From: Setoptus koraiensis
Taxonomy: Eukaryota; Animalia; Arthropoda
DNA length: 64,000 nt
Direction: 5' to 3'
NCBI GenBank assembly: GCA_048013815.1
Contig: CM106586.1
Location: 9,796,001-9,860,000 of the forward strand
Part shown: in pieces, positions 8,842 through 22,500 of the stretch
Numbering within the stretch: the first letter of the stretch is position 1
Layout of the letters: every line of letters starts with the position of its first letter
Program-made: the position numbers and the translations under genes
Notes under the pieces: model-generated
Databases searched by the model: none
Seen by the model: the letters and a program-made list of their open reading frames with translations, nothing else
Told to the model about the DNA's origin: nothing

Positions 8842-11800
8842 TTTGGTTGGAAACAACAATGAAGTGTTTCCCGTTAATTAATTTGGAAAAATATACGAAT
8901 CAGAGGGCTAAATTATAGAAGGGGAGCGCTAGATATCACAAATGCTGGTCTATAAGATTCATATTTCCTAAATATACTAGTAGTAATGAATAATGTTTTG
9001 ACGATTCCGCAATTAAATTTTATAAATTTTATAATGTATTAATTACAAGTTAGAAATAAAGACGTGCAATCAATATAATACTTTTGTCAAAATCCCGTGC
9101 GTTTTATCCTCATGGCGGGGTCATTTCATTATGTTGCAGTTCACATGAATACTGAAGGGCAACAGCGTTGATTTTTGCAACCCAAAAACACTACTGTCAA
9201 ACATATGATTTCAAAGCATACAGGGAATCTTAGTGCAAATATCCTCCTGAAGAGGGCACGAGAAAAAATTCCCTACAAGTTATAGGCTATAACTCATCTG
9301 GTTGTTGCGCTCACATTTCAACAAGCAGCGCCTCTCTGAGCATCAGGCCATAACCAAAAATCATCCAAGAGAGCGTTTTTCAGGTTTGCACACAAGTTGG
9401 AGGCTTAACAAGCCTTACGATTTGTCATGTTCTGACTTGTGATTTGTATCATACGAAACTCTCTAGATGCTAGTTCATAGGAGCCCCAAACCAGTTGAAA
9501 AAGGTTGAGCCGGTTCTCTGAAATAGGCACTGCACCGGTCGGACAAGCCCACGACAAATAGCGAGGCTCTGATGTCGGACTAATGTTGAGGAAAACAACG
9601 ATAGCGAATTTGAGCATCTCAAACCAGCATTCCAGCAGTACACAGTAGTGTGGCCACTGGGGGTCCATTGATAAAAGGCCACAATACACGCACTGTTATT
9701 ATTTACACTGTCAATATTAATATCAACGAACAGAACCACGAGTGTTGCTGCACCAATAATACAGACCCGTCATTATCTCAACACACATTACGGATTACAT
9801 TGAATTGATCTAGCAAGTGAATTGCCAGTAGTTATCCAGCAGCGGTGGGCATTATTAATATTATTTACCACTACACACTCTGCAGAATATATTAGTCTAG
9901 AATTCATTTTGCGAGCAAGAAAGAAAACGATGTCAAAATAGTGGACTTGGCCCAGTGATAATAAAACCACTAAACTACTTGTGCCTGTCGGCGCATGACC
10001 CGGCCCCCATATCCTATTCACTGGCACATCAGTGAGGATCGCTTTTGTTGGGGCCAGCAAACACACGAACAAAGGCCATTAGACCTAGTCGGGCGGGCTG
10101 AACAAACAAGCAAACACATTGACATATGGAAACTAATCTGTCTAGGCACACATTCTTGCGGGACTTGCTGCTAGCTGATACCGGTTGTTGTTGATTGATG
10201 AGAGCTGTGTTATTAGATAGATACAAGCCAGCGCTTCTCAATGCCTCCGTGTGTAAACACTGGATAATCGACTAGGATTGACTTTTTACATTATGATTTG
10301 ATTATTATTACAAGCAACAAGACAAATTTCATCTTGATAAGCTCACGCGCTAACACTGTCTTGCTTTGTTGTGAGCAGGACGCACCCACAAGTATAAGAT
10401 ATTTTTTATTATTATTGCAGCAACAACAAACTACAACAACAATCTATGAATAATTTCAAGTGAGAGTAAAGAAAGTATATGTGGAAATCTATCTAATGTA
10501 CTAATTGAATGTCTACGACATCAGCCAGTATTCAAGTTTCACCACAATCAATTGCAACAAAAACAACACCCTCGGAGCGAGCTTCCACTGATAGCGATAG
10601 CAATAGCTATTCGCCGATAACCAGCCAGGATTCCATTATACCATGATGCGTTATACAAGAATACGTAAGTTCACCATTCCTATTATCTAATACATACTCA
10701 GTTGAGTTGAGTAGATTTTGATGCTATCAACTATTACATTGTCATGGCCATTATGCAACAGCAGCAGCAGTGATATTCTATATGAAAGCTATTGTAAGTT
10801 GGACCTTTGTTCCAAATATCATATGTTGTAGCTCGGGCATTAACTCACACCACCATGCAATAGTCCGATCAGTCAACAAAAAGAAACACAGACACACACA
10901 AGAATAAAAAATCATTGAAATCGCCGTGATCAAATATCAAACAAATATCAAAAACAACAAAAAAAAAATACAAGTACTTTATCGTATAGTTTATCTTTGG
11001 CCACATTAATCGAGCAGTGAGAACAAGAACGATAACACCTATAACGCATTATATTCTTACGTGACATCATGATGATTTAAGTGTTTGTTACTATCAATAT
11101 TTGTTGTTGCTGTTGTCGTGTCGTGATATCTTTCGTGGGCATTGGGAGATGACTTGTAGCACGCGATCAGTGTCTTGTAACGCGCCCGTAATGGACTCGA
11201 GCTAAAAATGCAATCAAGTGTAAAGTAATTATCTACATGCCTCGCAACTTTATACTGCTGCTCTTATGAAATAGCCCTAGAGACTTTCAGAGAGAGAGAG
11301 AGAGAGAGACAAATTCTAGTTTTTAGTCGAATTTAGTTAAATGTGTAATCCGCAAGATAGCTCGAGAAAAGAAGGAATATTTTCATTGTTTTCGTTACTT
11401 TTAATGAAAAGTCGCTGATTAGTCGGTTAAATTCTTCTTTACTATAATTCTTCTATGCTAGCGAAAGCGTTTGTGGTGTGTAAAACAACTTGGAGAGATT
11501 GACAACAATTGAATTTATCGCCAGATCTAGCCAACAAGTGCAAGTAGACATGTGCCATTGTTGATATGAATACACAGTTTATGGACAGTTAGGCGTATTA
11601 TTGGCTAAATACTAGCATTAATCGAAACGCACCTTAAGTTTTCCTATGACAACTGGCATCTGACAACAAGAGTTATGCGACAAAAATAACAACAATAGCA
11701 ACATCTAACGTCTAACGAGGTTAATTTGGCGAGCCCTACGCCGAGACCGGGTGCATTGTTTTTTATCATGGGTGCATGCAGTGAGTGTGTGTGATGACAG

Positions 11801-12576
11801 TAGCAGTCCAATGAAACTTGTGTGTCGCCAATTGGCTATAACCTGATCAGCAAAGATATTTAAAAAAACCATTCTGTAGTGACAAACAACAATTATGGGT
11901 GATATCTTTCAACTATCGTCACAGCAGCAGCAGCAACAACAACAACAACAGCAACAATAACACAGCAAATCTTTAGTGCAAAGTAATCGATAATACACAC
12001 ACACATACGATTGGTTATGATATCGTAACGAGAGTGATTATTTGTAACTTTTTGGCGAGCTATTTCCAGTGAGACCAATGCCACATCAAGTTGTGAACAC
12101 ATTTTCAGCGACAACCAGAATTCAACGCTAGTCGCCGTGAAGTGACATCAATGCAAATCAAAGTTTTGTTCTTCAACTGTCCCAAGTTAGAATATTATCG
12201 TAAAAATCATCGTTCGTATACGTTGTGCTCGGCCATACATTAGCCAGTCAATACATGCGTTTTCAGTTGGCATTGGTCCAAAATTAGCCCCTCTCCGAAA
12301 TTGGTCACAACGCAATTGAGACACTTATATATATTGTACATAATTGCACACTGTGTCAACGATCTCCACAGCGACTCGCATCGTGAAATCGCTGGCTGTT
12401 CTGATTTGAGTTTACAACACCAACAGTTAGTCGGATTAAAAATCCCGTGAACACATCCGGAAAAAATTCCTATTTAGCGCCACCAATTAGCGTCTCGTCT
12501 ACAGAAAATCTACAGCCGACAGCAACCGTAGACAGCAACAGTAGACAACAACAGTAGACAACAACAGTAGACAACA

Positions 12577-13796
12577 ATGTCGCAATTGGAGCCCACATTG
12601 TCGGAGCCACGAATTGGCGTCGTGACCCCGCATCATATCATCGACGCCGGCAATTGTACAGACATAATTATATAATATATACATATTCCTTGCCTAACCA
12701 CGAGCCTGACATTCCCAAAAAACCAACTAACACCGTCTGTTATTCTAACCTTTCTTATCGCACACTCACACATTGATATTCGATGATTGATTAGCTACTC
12801 GAGACACAGCTGACGATAGTCAGAAGATCGCCACTAGCGACTCTGACTCGGACGACAAGCAAAATCTAGATAGGAGGCCCGGCAGCAAGAGCAGCGGATC
12901 CGCTGGAGCGGAGTTTCTCGGCAGCGGACATTTTGATCCTTTTCAGCGCAAACTCTACGTCGGACTACACGCATTTTCTCTGTCGACGGCTCTCGTGGGC
13001 CTCATATTACTGTGCGTTTGGATCTTTAAATATAAGACTGGCGTGTCGTTCACGGACACCAAGCGCATGGGCAACCTGCACGCCCTGTTCATGTACACAT
13101 TCATGGTGGGCCTCAACGCGTACGGTACGTCACCGGCTTGACCCCCCCTACAAGCTTGCCGGAATCAGGTTCAGTTTGCTGTTCGCCACGTGTTGTTCGC
13201 ATTCACCTGTCCACATGTTCACACAATTGACTGTTTGCAATTCTTGTCTTGTTTGTGTCTCGCTAGGTGTGCTCGTATACAGGACGTTCTACAGTTCGGC
13301 CAAGGAAAAGATGAAATGGATCCACGCGGGCCTGTCGCTTTTCAATGTCATAATGGCCATAGCTGGCGTAACTTTCATGTTTGTGTCGCACAACGCCTCA
13401 GGTGATCCCAATTTGTATTCGTTGCATTCGTGGATAGGATTAACAACAACCGTATTGTACGCGTCACAGTTTTTATTTGGTTTAATTACGTTCTTGAAAC
13501 CTGGCCTCAGTCAAGTAATCAGAGCCAAATCAATGCCATTGCACAGATTTATGGGTGCTGCCATATTGGTGATGGCCGGCTTGGCCGCTATCACGGGCAT
13601 TGCCGAGTGGGCAATTTGGTCAATTAAGGACTATAACAAGTTTTCTCCAATGACATTTATTGCTAACTTTACAGGTATTTGTGTGCTTGTGTCAACGTTT
13701 ATCTCAGTTTATTTACTATCTCAGAGAAGATATCGTCGGCCTGAAGCTTCGCAACGCGAGCACTTAGCCCAATTGTCCAAGTTTGCGCCCGAATAA
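12577..13796 (+). CDS. Cytochrome b561 family protein (spliced)
   Basis: Exon 12795-13124 (GNLHALFMYTF), intron 13125-13266 (GTACGT...TAG), exon 13267-13796 (KWIHAGL, NLYSLHSWIG, PLHRFMG: heme His motifs). The first exon 12577-12655 is a phase-compatible guess only. Confidence 0.85.
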
Positions 13797-13968
13797 AATC
13801 ATTTTTTTCACTTCGCCTCTAAATCTCCGGGGAGGGTGAATAGCACATTATTTTGTATACTATCTCTGGCGTATGTGATTGTGGGTGTGTGTGTGTGTGT
13901 TTGTGATTTTGTAAATGTATAAATAATATATTTGTTTGTATATATACGTATATATAGGTAGTGTAGCT

Positions 13969-16530
13969 CTAACATACTGCTGCCGGATTGGGCGTTGGGG
14001 TCGTTGTTGCTTGCAATTCTAATTTAGCTTTTAGTTTGCGCGCTCGTTGATTTACTTTAACTTTAGTTAACAAATGTAAACTACCAAATAATACTAATAA
14101 CAATACTGAACTAATGAGATTGAGCTCAATTAATATCAAAGCGTTATCTATGATGTGATGGCCTACTATTAATGAGCTTAAGGCAACTTGAAACATGGAG
14201 GCCAATATAAAAATGCCACTAACAGTGTTGGTAACTTTTGATATTTTCTCATCATAAAAGCTAACAATGGCGGGAAACATTGGACCGCAGCCTATGCCGA
14301 AGAAGCAGACACTGATCCATAATAACAGTTCGTTGGTGTTGGCGAAGAATAGCATGGCCACATTGCCAATGGCAACGCCCGCAACACAACCATAAAACAG
14401 GAAATGGGGCTTCACCGAAATGGCTACCCAAATGCCAAAGCCACGGCCAACGGCAAACGAGCTTGTGAGCGCCGACGATAAATAAGCCGCGGTTGATTTT
14501 GACAATTGTAAATCGGTGTTGACAGCAAACGTTGCCAAATAATTCATGCTGGTTATCTCAATACCACAATAGAACAATAGACAACAGGCCGCCATAAATA
14601 TGGCCGCTATCACATAGAAGGGGGGCGGGCCATCGCCGTCGGGCGCCTTAGAGGTCACTTTGACTGATTTCACTACTTCCGGTTGCTGGCAATTTATCGC
14701 TAGCATGGTTGTTGTTTGTTTGTCTGTTTGGCTGTTGCTGTTATTGATTGACTGGTTGTTGTTGTTGTTGTTTGCAGTGGGCGCCACAATGTACGAGCCG
14801 ACGCCTGGCGGGGGCGCTGGTTCACTGATTTGAATGGCCAGAGTGATTTCGTCGTCCTGATTTGTGGCTTGTTGTGGCTGCTGCTGTTGCTGTTGTTGCT
14901 GTTGTTGGCTTGTGGTGTCCGGCGTCGGCGGTGGCTGCTTGTCGAATAACTGTTCCGTCGATTGATCGTGCTGCTCGTGGGGCCCGTGCTTGCCGGGCGA
15001 CACAGGCGCAACAGGTGAGCGCGCGTGGGGAACCACCTCGACCAGTTCCAGTTGGTTCGTGTCGTCGCGTCGTCGTTGTTGTTGAGGTGCTTGTTGAGGC
15101 TGCTGCTGCTGCTGTTGCTGAGACAACAACATGGAAGTGGTGTGCTGCTGATGATGGTGGTGGTCGCCGCCTGACTGGACATTGGACGTGGTTAGATTAT
15201 TGTTTGATATAACGGCAACCTCGCAACATTCCAAGCCGCCCTTCTCCTGTAGGGCCAAGCGCTCGATGCTGGTCTTTTTGCCGCCCGTCTCTTGAGCAAT
15301 CTTGTAGTTTTCTAATTGTTGCTGGCCTTTAGCCTTTTGTTGTGCATCGCCAGAGTTGTTGTTGCCCCTTGGTGGCGCCACGTACGGCTCGTAGAAATAT
15401 AAAACAAACAGAGCTACTGAGGCGATTATTGAGGAAATTCCCACTACACTGTATGGCACATAAATTCTCGACTCGCCTGGCTCGGGCATGGTGAAGTTCT
15501 CTGCTCGGACGATTCGGATAAGTCGGATAATTAGGATAGTTCGGATAATTAGGATAAGTCGGGAGGGGGAAGATCGGGATAACTGAGGGGTCTGTGGGGA
15601 CAGTAGCGGGCCGCGGGGCCCCAAAATAGAAGGAAAACTCACCTAGTTGCGAGTAGTTGGGGCCGTGCAGCCTCTCGAGCTCGTGCTCGTCGGGCAGCTC
15701 GGGCGACAGAAACGGCTCGGCCACCACCGGGCCCAGGGCCGTGCCCATCGCAAATGAGAAATGGAGCGCCTGAAGCCAGGCATCCTGGCCGGGCCACATC
15801 TCTAAAATCCAAACGTTTGCGCCGCAGTCCGTTCCGCCGGCGGCCATCATTTTAGAGAATGTAATCACAGAGAAAAATAAATAGCTTGGTATCCAGGGCG
15901 TGATAAGATTAGCGATGCCAAAAATCATAAAATAAATAGCAATCAATAGTTGCCTGTTAAGATAGTTGAATATAAAACCACCTGTGGCGCGTCGACGGCA
16001 TTTCGATGTGGCCATTTCGATGTGGGCATTTCGATGTGGGCATTTCGTCAGCATTATGTCGGCATTATGTCGGCAATGATGCAGAGAGACGGAGATTTGT
16101 TTGATCGGTTAGATTGACTGGATATTGACCGGATGCGGTTGTTGCGCAACAGCGATTGAGTGATTTCTCGAATAGGTTGACAGACGGAGCTTGATTGGGG
16201 TACTCACTGAGGAAGCCACCAAACGAGTAGGCCAGTCCCGCGTAGGCCAACGAGTAGGACATCATGTCCTGGTTGACATGCAGTATATCGATCAGATCCA
16301 TCAGCGTCGGCCCCTGAATACTGATGCATAATCCCTGTTTGCGGCGAGATGGGTTTTTTTTTCAAAAAAAAAACGAGTGTTAGGTGATTGTGACACATTT
16401 CATGAGCTACAAATGGGTGTTTTACTAGTTGAGTGTCATATTTAGGGGCGCAGTTAAATGGGCTACTCACCACACAGAAACTGCCAAAAATGACGGCCAA
16501 ACTCGTGCATAATTTAAGCGACTTCTTCAT
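13969..16530 (-). CDS. MFS transporter, MFSD4/sodium-dependent glucose transporter-like, 4 exons
   Basis: Exons 16471-16530, 16208-16334, 15643-15981, 13969-15500, all GT-AG and phase-consistent. Motifs GPTLMDL, DCGANVWILEMW, LQALHFSFAMGTALGP, LLFYCGIEIT, GIGCGPMFP. Long Q/N-rich central loop. Confidence 0.85.
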
Positions 16531-16599
16531 GATTAATTAGCTGATGATTGTGTCTAGCTGGCTGGTGCTGAAGCTGACGGTGTGTTAATTGGCGTGTGT

Positions 16600-19500
16600 G
16601 TAATTGATTGGCTCGTCGTCCGGTATCAACGGGGCTCGGGTTGGGTCGGGTCGGGGCGCCGACACACTGGGGGCGAAGTGACACGCTGGCACAACCAGTG
16701 GGTGGTTGTGGTGCCGAAATGTTGTGCTTCGGGCCGGTGCTGTTGTAAATAGTTGTTGTATAAAATAATTGCTGCCAATCTATCTATTGTGATTTCTGGC
16801 GACGATGATTCTCTGTTGGCATGCGAGCATAATTATAACAAAGGTGTTTGAATTGAACATTTACATGTAGTAGCAGTAGTGGTAGAGATAGTGATAAATA
16901 ATAATAATAATAATAATGAAATATAAATGTATAAATAATAACAGCGAGTCTATTGTTGTTAATCATTGGCTATTCTCTGGCAAGACTAACAAATAATTTA
17001 GATGAGATATACACTTTTATAGTTGAATCGGGTTGTTGTCACTCCGCTCAACGACGCTATCTATTGTTATTATCTGTGTCTCGCATATTATTATTATTAT
17101 TATTATATGTGATATTAGTATTGTTGTTGCTGCTATTACAGTGTGGTCGTGCTCGCAAAGTGGCAGCACATAGTGGAGCGAAACTGGCTAAATTCATTAA
17201 AACGTCGTCGTCGCTGTCGTCGACTCAATACAATCGATAAAACAAATGACGTAGCCAGCCCGACTAGCAAGTGTCTCGGTGCACACGCCTTGCCACAAAT
17301 GGCAAATCGCTATTCTCTGTCACCATCGACAGCATCTTCGTCGTCTTCGTCGTCTTTGGTCGTCGTCTTCCTCATCGTCGTCTCGGTCGTCATCATCGTC
17401 TCGTCGTCGTGTTTTAACATCAGCGACTGACTCAAGTGACGACTACAACTGGTAAACACCATTAGACACTGCTCAACACTGTCGATACAACAAATGATGA
17501 TATTATTTTTGCTCGCTGTAATTAGCGCCACAAATCACAGCCACTGATTACAGCTAGCGGACACTTGTTGTTGCAGTTGCTGTGCGCTGTCACACTAGAT
17601 CCCGAGGCGACCCGTCGAGCTAGACAACATTATGTATATCTAGTCACTAGATTCCAGTGGCGCATAGTCGTCGTCGCATAGTCGTCGCATAGTCGTCGCA
17701 TAGTCGTCGCATAGTCGTCGACTGTTTGCCGTTGCACCGTGGCCAACGAGACACAACGAGACACAACGACACAGCGAGACACAACGAGACTAGCTCAGAT
17801 GGCGAGTATGCGGTTGTCTAGTGGCCAATATGCGGTTGTCTAATGGCGAATATGTGATTGTCAAGTTGACAAGTTGGACAATCTTGCTTTTCATCGTCTT
17901 TTCGGCGTCGTCGTCGTCGTCGTCGTCGTCGCCGCATTATGCGCTGTTTGCGTATACACTGACATCACCGCCATAGACACAATCGCGCTGCTGCTGTCGT
18001 TCGAATGCGACTTGTTCACTGATCAAACAAACATTGACTGATAACCAATATCCAATATAACACAATATTTAATATAACACAATACAATTTTGTGTTATTT
18101 ATATATCATCATGTGTGTTATATCCAGCAACAGCGAGCGAGTATCTAGGCAGGAAATAATTGTTGTTAAATGGCCAACCAGCAACGCATGACAATTGCAC
18201 AATCAAGCGATCTGTCTAACGATGGCTAACGATGGCTAACGATGGCTAACGATGGCTAATGGTGGCTAATGGTGGCTAATGATGGCTAATGATGGTGATA
18301 CAACAATATCACCACAACCGGCGTCCAATCAATCACTTCATACACATCAAATGTGTATATGCACACATATGAATATCGATTGAATGTCGTCTATTTGATC
18401 GCCCATCGTCGACTCGACCACGTCGAGTGAGCTAACAAGTCGACGAGTTACTAACAAGTTGTCAGATTGGGCTCGTTTGCGGGGGCTGCCTGTCAGGGCG
18501 CCAGCAAACGAGTGGGCAAGTGCATCGATCAATAATAACAGTCGATGAGTTTGTTTCACTGTCGCTTTGTTGGCAGCTCGCTAATTAGCTGCTTATTTGC
18601 TTATTTGAAGCACCTCACGCAAACAGCAAACAAGACGAGACAAGACAACACAAACATCAGGCACATAGCTCCTCGAGCGAGTGATGGCGTCAAGTTGCTC
18701 GGCTGTTCGCAAAATCTATCACTTGGCTCCATGACAATCAACGACAAACAACATAACCTCACAACAACATTCAATCCGACAAACGACTCTATTGAGCGAC
18801 ACACATAGGACAGCAGATCGACAAACCGATTGACAAAGTGAACCGATTGAAACCGGTTGCAAACTGGACAACGACACATAATCGGCTACCACTTGTTAGT
18901 GCAACAACTCGTCAACTTGTTTGTCATTGGTGACAAATCTTGATTGTTGTCAGTGACAAATTGACTATCGACTCATTTCATTTGTTGGCCGGTTGTGCGC
19001 CGCTCGACATTGCCCGTCGCTGCCCGATCTCACTGTATCCGACTGTATCCGACTGTATCTGACTATATCGACACTATATATCGGCGATAAAATATCGGCA
19101 CCATGTCCACTTGAATTTGTTTTGTTGCCAGCAAACAGTTGACAACGCAAACAGTCTGATGACTGGCTGACATGAAACACGAGCAAACACACAACAAATG
19201 TCATTTACTAATTGATGAAACTGATTGACACATGCATTGACACATCCATTGACACATCGATTGGTACATCGATCGATAAATTGATCGATATATCGATCAA
19301 TGCACTGATTGGCGTGACCCGCCACTTACCTGGCTCGGCCGATCACCTGCTCGCTCTTGCTGTGCGGTCAGTTTTTTCTTCTTCTAAGATCTTTTGCTTT
19401 AGATATTTTATAGATTCTGTGCTTATAGATGCTTGGTGATCCAATATCCAATATCCGGTTCCGGTTAACGTTGTCGTGTGATTGCACGAGTAGCGCGACT

Positions 19501-22500
19501 GGACGACTGCACACACACACACACACACACGCACGCACACGACGAAGCCACACAAATTATTGGCCACTGTTGTGAGTCAATTGATCAATTTGCGCTACAA
19601 ATGATGCATTGGCAATAGATCACCAATTGACGACGACGCTTGTTTTTTATCTGATTATTATCACTGCTTATTCTTAATAAATTTTGCCTTATATCGCGTA
19701 TACCTATATGATGTGTTATGCAACATTGATCAGATTGGTTTGTTGTTGTTGTTGTTGTTGGTGTTGTTGTTGTTGTTGACGACAGTATGTCCCCCCATAG
19801 CTAATTGAGAGCGCACGAATTGTGTAGCTTCATCATCGCTTAGACTGATCGCATTTGTAATTGTGAGTGTAGCGAGTGGCCAAGTGGCAATTGTGGAAAA
19901 TTGTGAAATATCTTCTATTGTGTTGTTGTTGTTGATGATGACAGTGACGCTAGCGCTCACATTTGTAAGTGTTACATAATATACATGTTATATAATAATA
20001 TGTATCGATCGTCGTTTAATATTGATTGATACAATATAGTAATAACAATAATACTATATTATAATAATAATAGTATAATAATAATACTGTCTGATATAGT
20101 GGCAGATAGGCCAGATAAAGCCACCATCGACCAATGGCATAGATAGCGCCTAGATATCGCGTATGATCAACATGATGTGTCTCTGACAATTTGTGAGATG
20201 AGGCGTTAGATCTGGGCTCATGTGTTAATCTAGTCCGTTGTGTTTGATTTGTTGTGGTATTAATCTGATCTCATCGACAGTATCTTTGTTTATAAAAGTG
20301 CATTGTGTGTGTGTGTGGGTGTGAGTTTTTTCTTCTATTTCTTCATTTGCTCATTTCTTCTTCATTTGTCTTATTCGTTTGTCTCGTTCGTTTGTCTCGT
20401 TCGTTTGTCTCGCTGTTGAGCTGTCGTCGAGTGTGCGACACGACGACGACGACGACGATAATAACAATAATTATAAGCTGCTATTGTTGTTACGATTATG
20501 ATACAATATAGCATAGGTGTGCTGACTGACGTAACGACCTATCACAATGACGATTTCGAGCCGCAAATATATATATATATATATACTATTATATATCTGT
20601 ATATCTTATATATTTATGTGTATATAAGACTCATATATACACGTTATGCGAGTAGCCGAAATATATGCAAGTATAAATATATATTTTTAATGATACTGGA
20701 TGTGGTATGTCGATGTGGTGATATATGTTGGTTGGTTAGCAAGCCAACGAGGGCACCGCGAATAAAATTTGTGTGAAAGCAGCTGAAATTAACTGATTGG
20801 CGCTGATTAACTGATCTCGCAATTGTCGCAGTCAGTCGGCGCTCGGTGTGATCTATCAAGTGGCCAATATTGACAGACTTTGTGACGACTTTGTGCAATC
20901 TTTGTGTTTATTTCCATAAATACGCTCACATATACGCTACATGTCGCTGTATATATGCTGTGATGTAATAAACTGGGCTGGCTGGCTGGCTGGCTGGTTG
21001 GCTCACTGGCGGCCTGGTGGCTAGACGATGGTGTAAATAAACAAACCATAACAACACTATTCGCTGGTTGCTGGCTGGCTGGCTGGTTGGCCCGTTCGCT
21101 GGAACGTTCTTGTTGTTGGCGTTCGTCGCTCGTTCTTTCGTCCGCCGTTCGTCGCTCGTTCTTTCGCCCGTTCGTCGGTCGCTATCGCTCGCTCGCCCAT
21201 TCGCTCCATGTTGTTGGCGGTGCGCGAACGCTGCTAGGCGCCACTCGCAACAACAAACAAGGACAAGCAGAGGGCATGGCGAAACTGGGCGATAAGCCGT
21301 CGCCGTTGCGCCCGTCGTGTTGTGCCCGTCGTGTTGTGCCCGTCGTGTTGTGTGGCATGGGAGCGGGGCGGCGAGAGTTGCGTAGCATGGGAGCGTAGCA
21401 TGGGAGCACAGGGTCCATGCTCCCGTAGTGCGGCGCGCCACGCCGCCGTCGCTAGCAGCCAGCGGCAGCAGCAGTGAGCAGCGCTAGCTAAGTGATGACG
21501 CAACCAACACTATGCCAAGATACACACACGCGGCCAGCGCCTCCATGGCATACTATGGGCTCGATACTACGGGCTCCATGCTATGGGCTCCATACTACGG
21601 GCTCCATAGTATCGAGTCTATGCGCTCATAGGCGCCCGTGAGCGCCTCATAGAGGCTCTATGCGCGACTCATGGAGGCTCTATGCGCGACCCATGGAGGC
21701 TCTATGCACCTCTGTGCGCCATTGAAAAGCAACGTGTGACGCGAGCCTTTTCAATGGCGAGCGGCTGCTGGTGGCGGGCAACGTTGAATGGGATTCAATT
21801 TCAAGGGTGAAGCGTGATTTAGGGGCTGTGCCAGGCGAGCGCTCCATCATATTGGCACCGCACGGAGCAGTCTCACTGGGCCCGACAAACAGCCGTGCCC
21901 GTCCGCATATCCGTAGATCCGCACATCCATAGGTGCCCACATCCATAGGTGCCCATATCCATGGGTCCGCTCATAGGGCCCACATCCGCGCACATATCGG
22001 CTCGCATCCATGCAACATGCACATTATGCGTTATCCACACAACGTTGCATCCACTGCGACGAGACAGCGACAGCCGTTATTAGTCAAGCTGGCCAGTTAT
22101 CGAGCGATCAGTCGCGCCAAGAGACGCCCAGAGAAATTATGACAATCACGACTGTAATCCGTTCGCCAGTTCGCTCGCCAGTTTGTTCGCCAGTTCGCTC
22201 GCCAGTTTGTTCGCCAATCCGTTTGCCAATTCGCTCGCCAGCCCGTTTGCCAATTCGCTGTCATTGGGCCCATGTTGCCTGCATGCTGTCTACACCTGTC
22301 CGGTGACAACGTGCGCTCGCCAATTCTGCGCACGCAATTCTGCGTGGGGCCCCTCACACTGTGAGGCTCAGAGGTGCAGCCGCCTACAACTCGCGCATGC
22401 AGCCATGAAAACGATTGCTGCAGAGGGGCCAGCGGCGCCGACGGGCACGACGGGGACGATGGAGCCAATGGGGCAGCGTACATTGTTTTGTCGATGTGCA

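Noticed and set aside
10510-10880. Two GTAAGT donors suggesting a small spliced gene
   Set aside because: No phase-consistent ORF of meaningful length could be assembled.
17505-17560. miR-2-like seed atcacagcc in a hairpin
   Set aside because: The seed lies in the loop, not a stem arm, and the stem is only ~11 bp.
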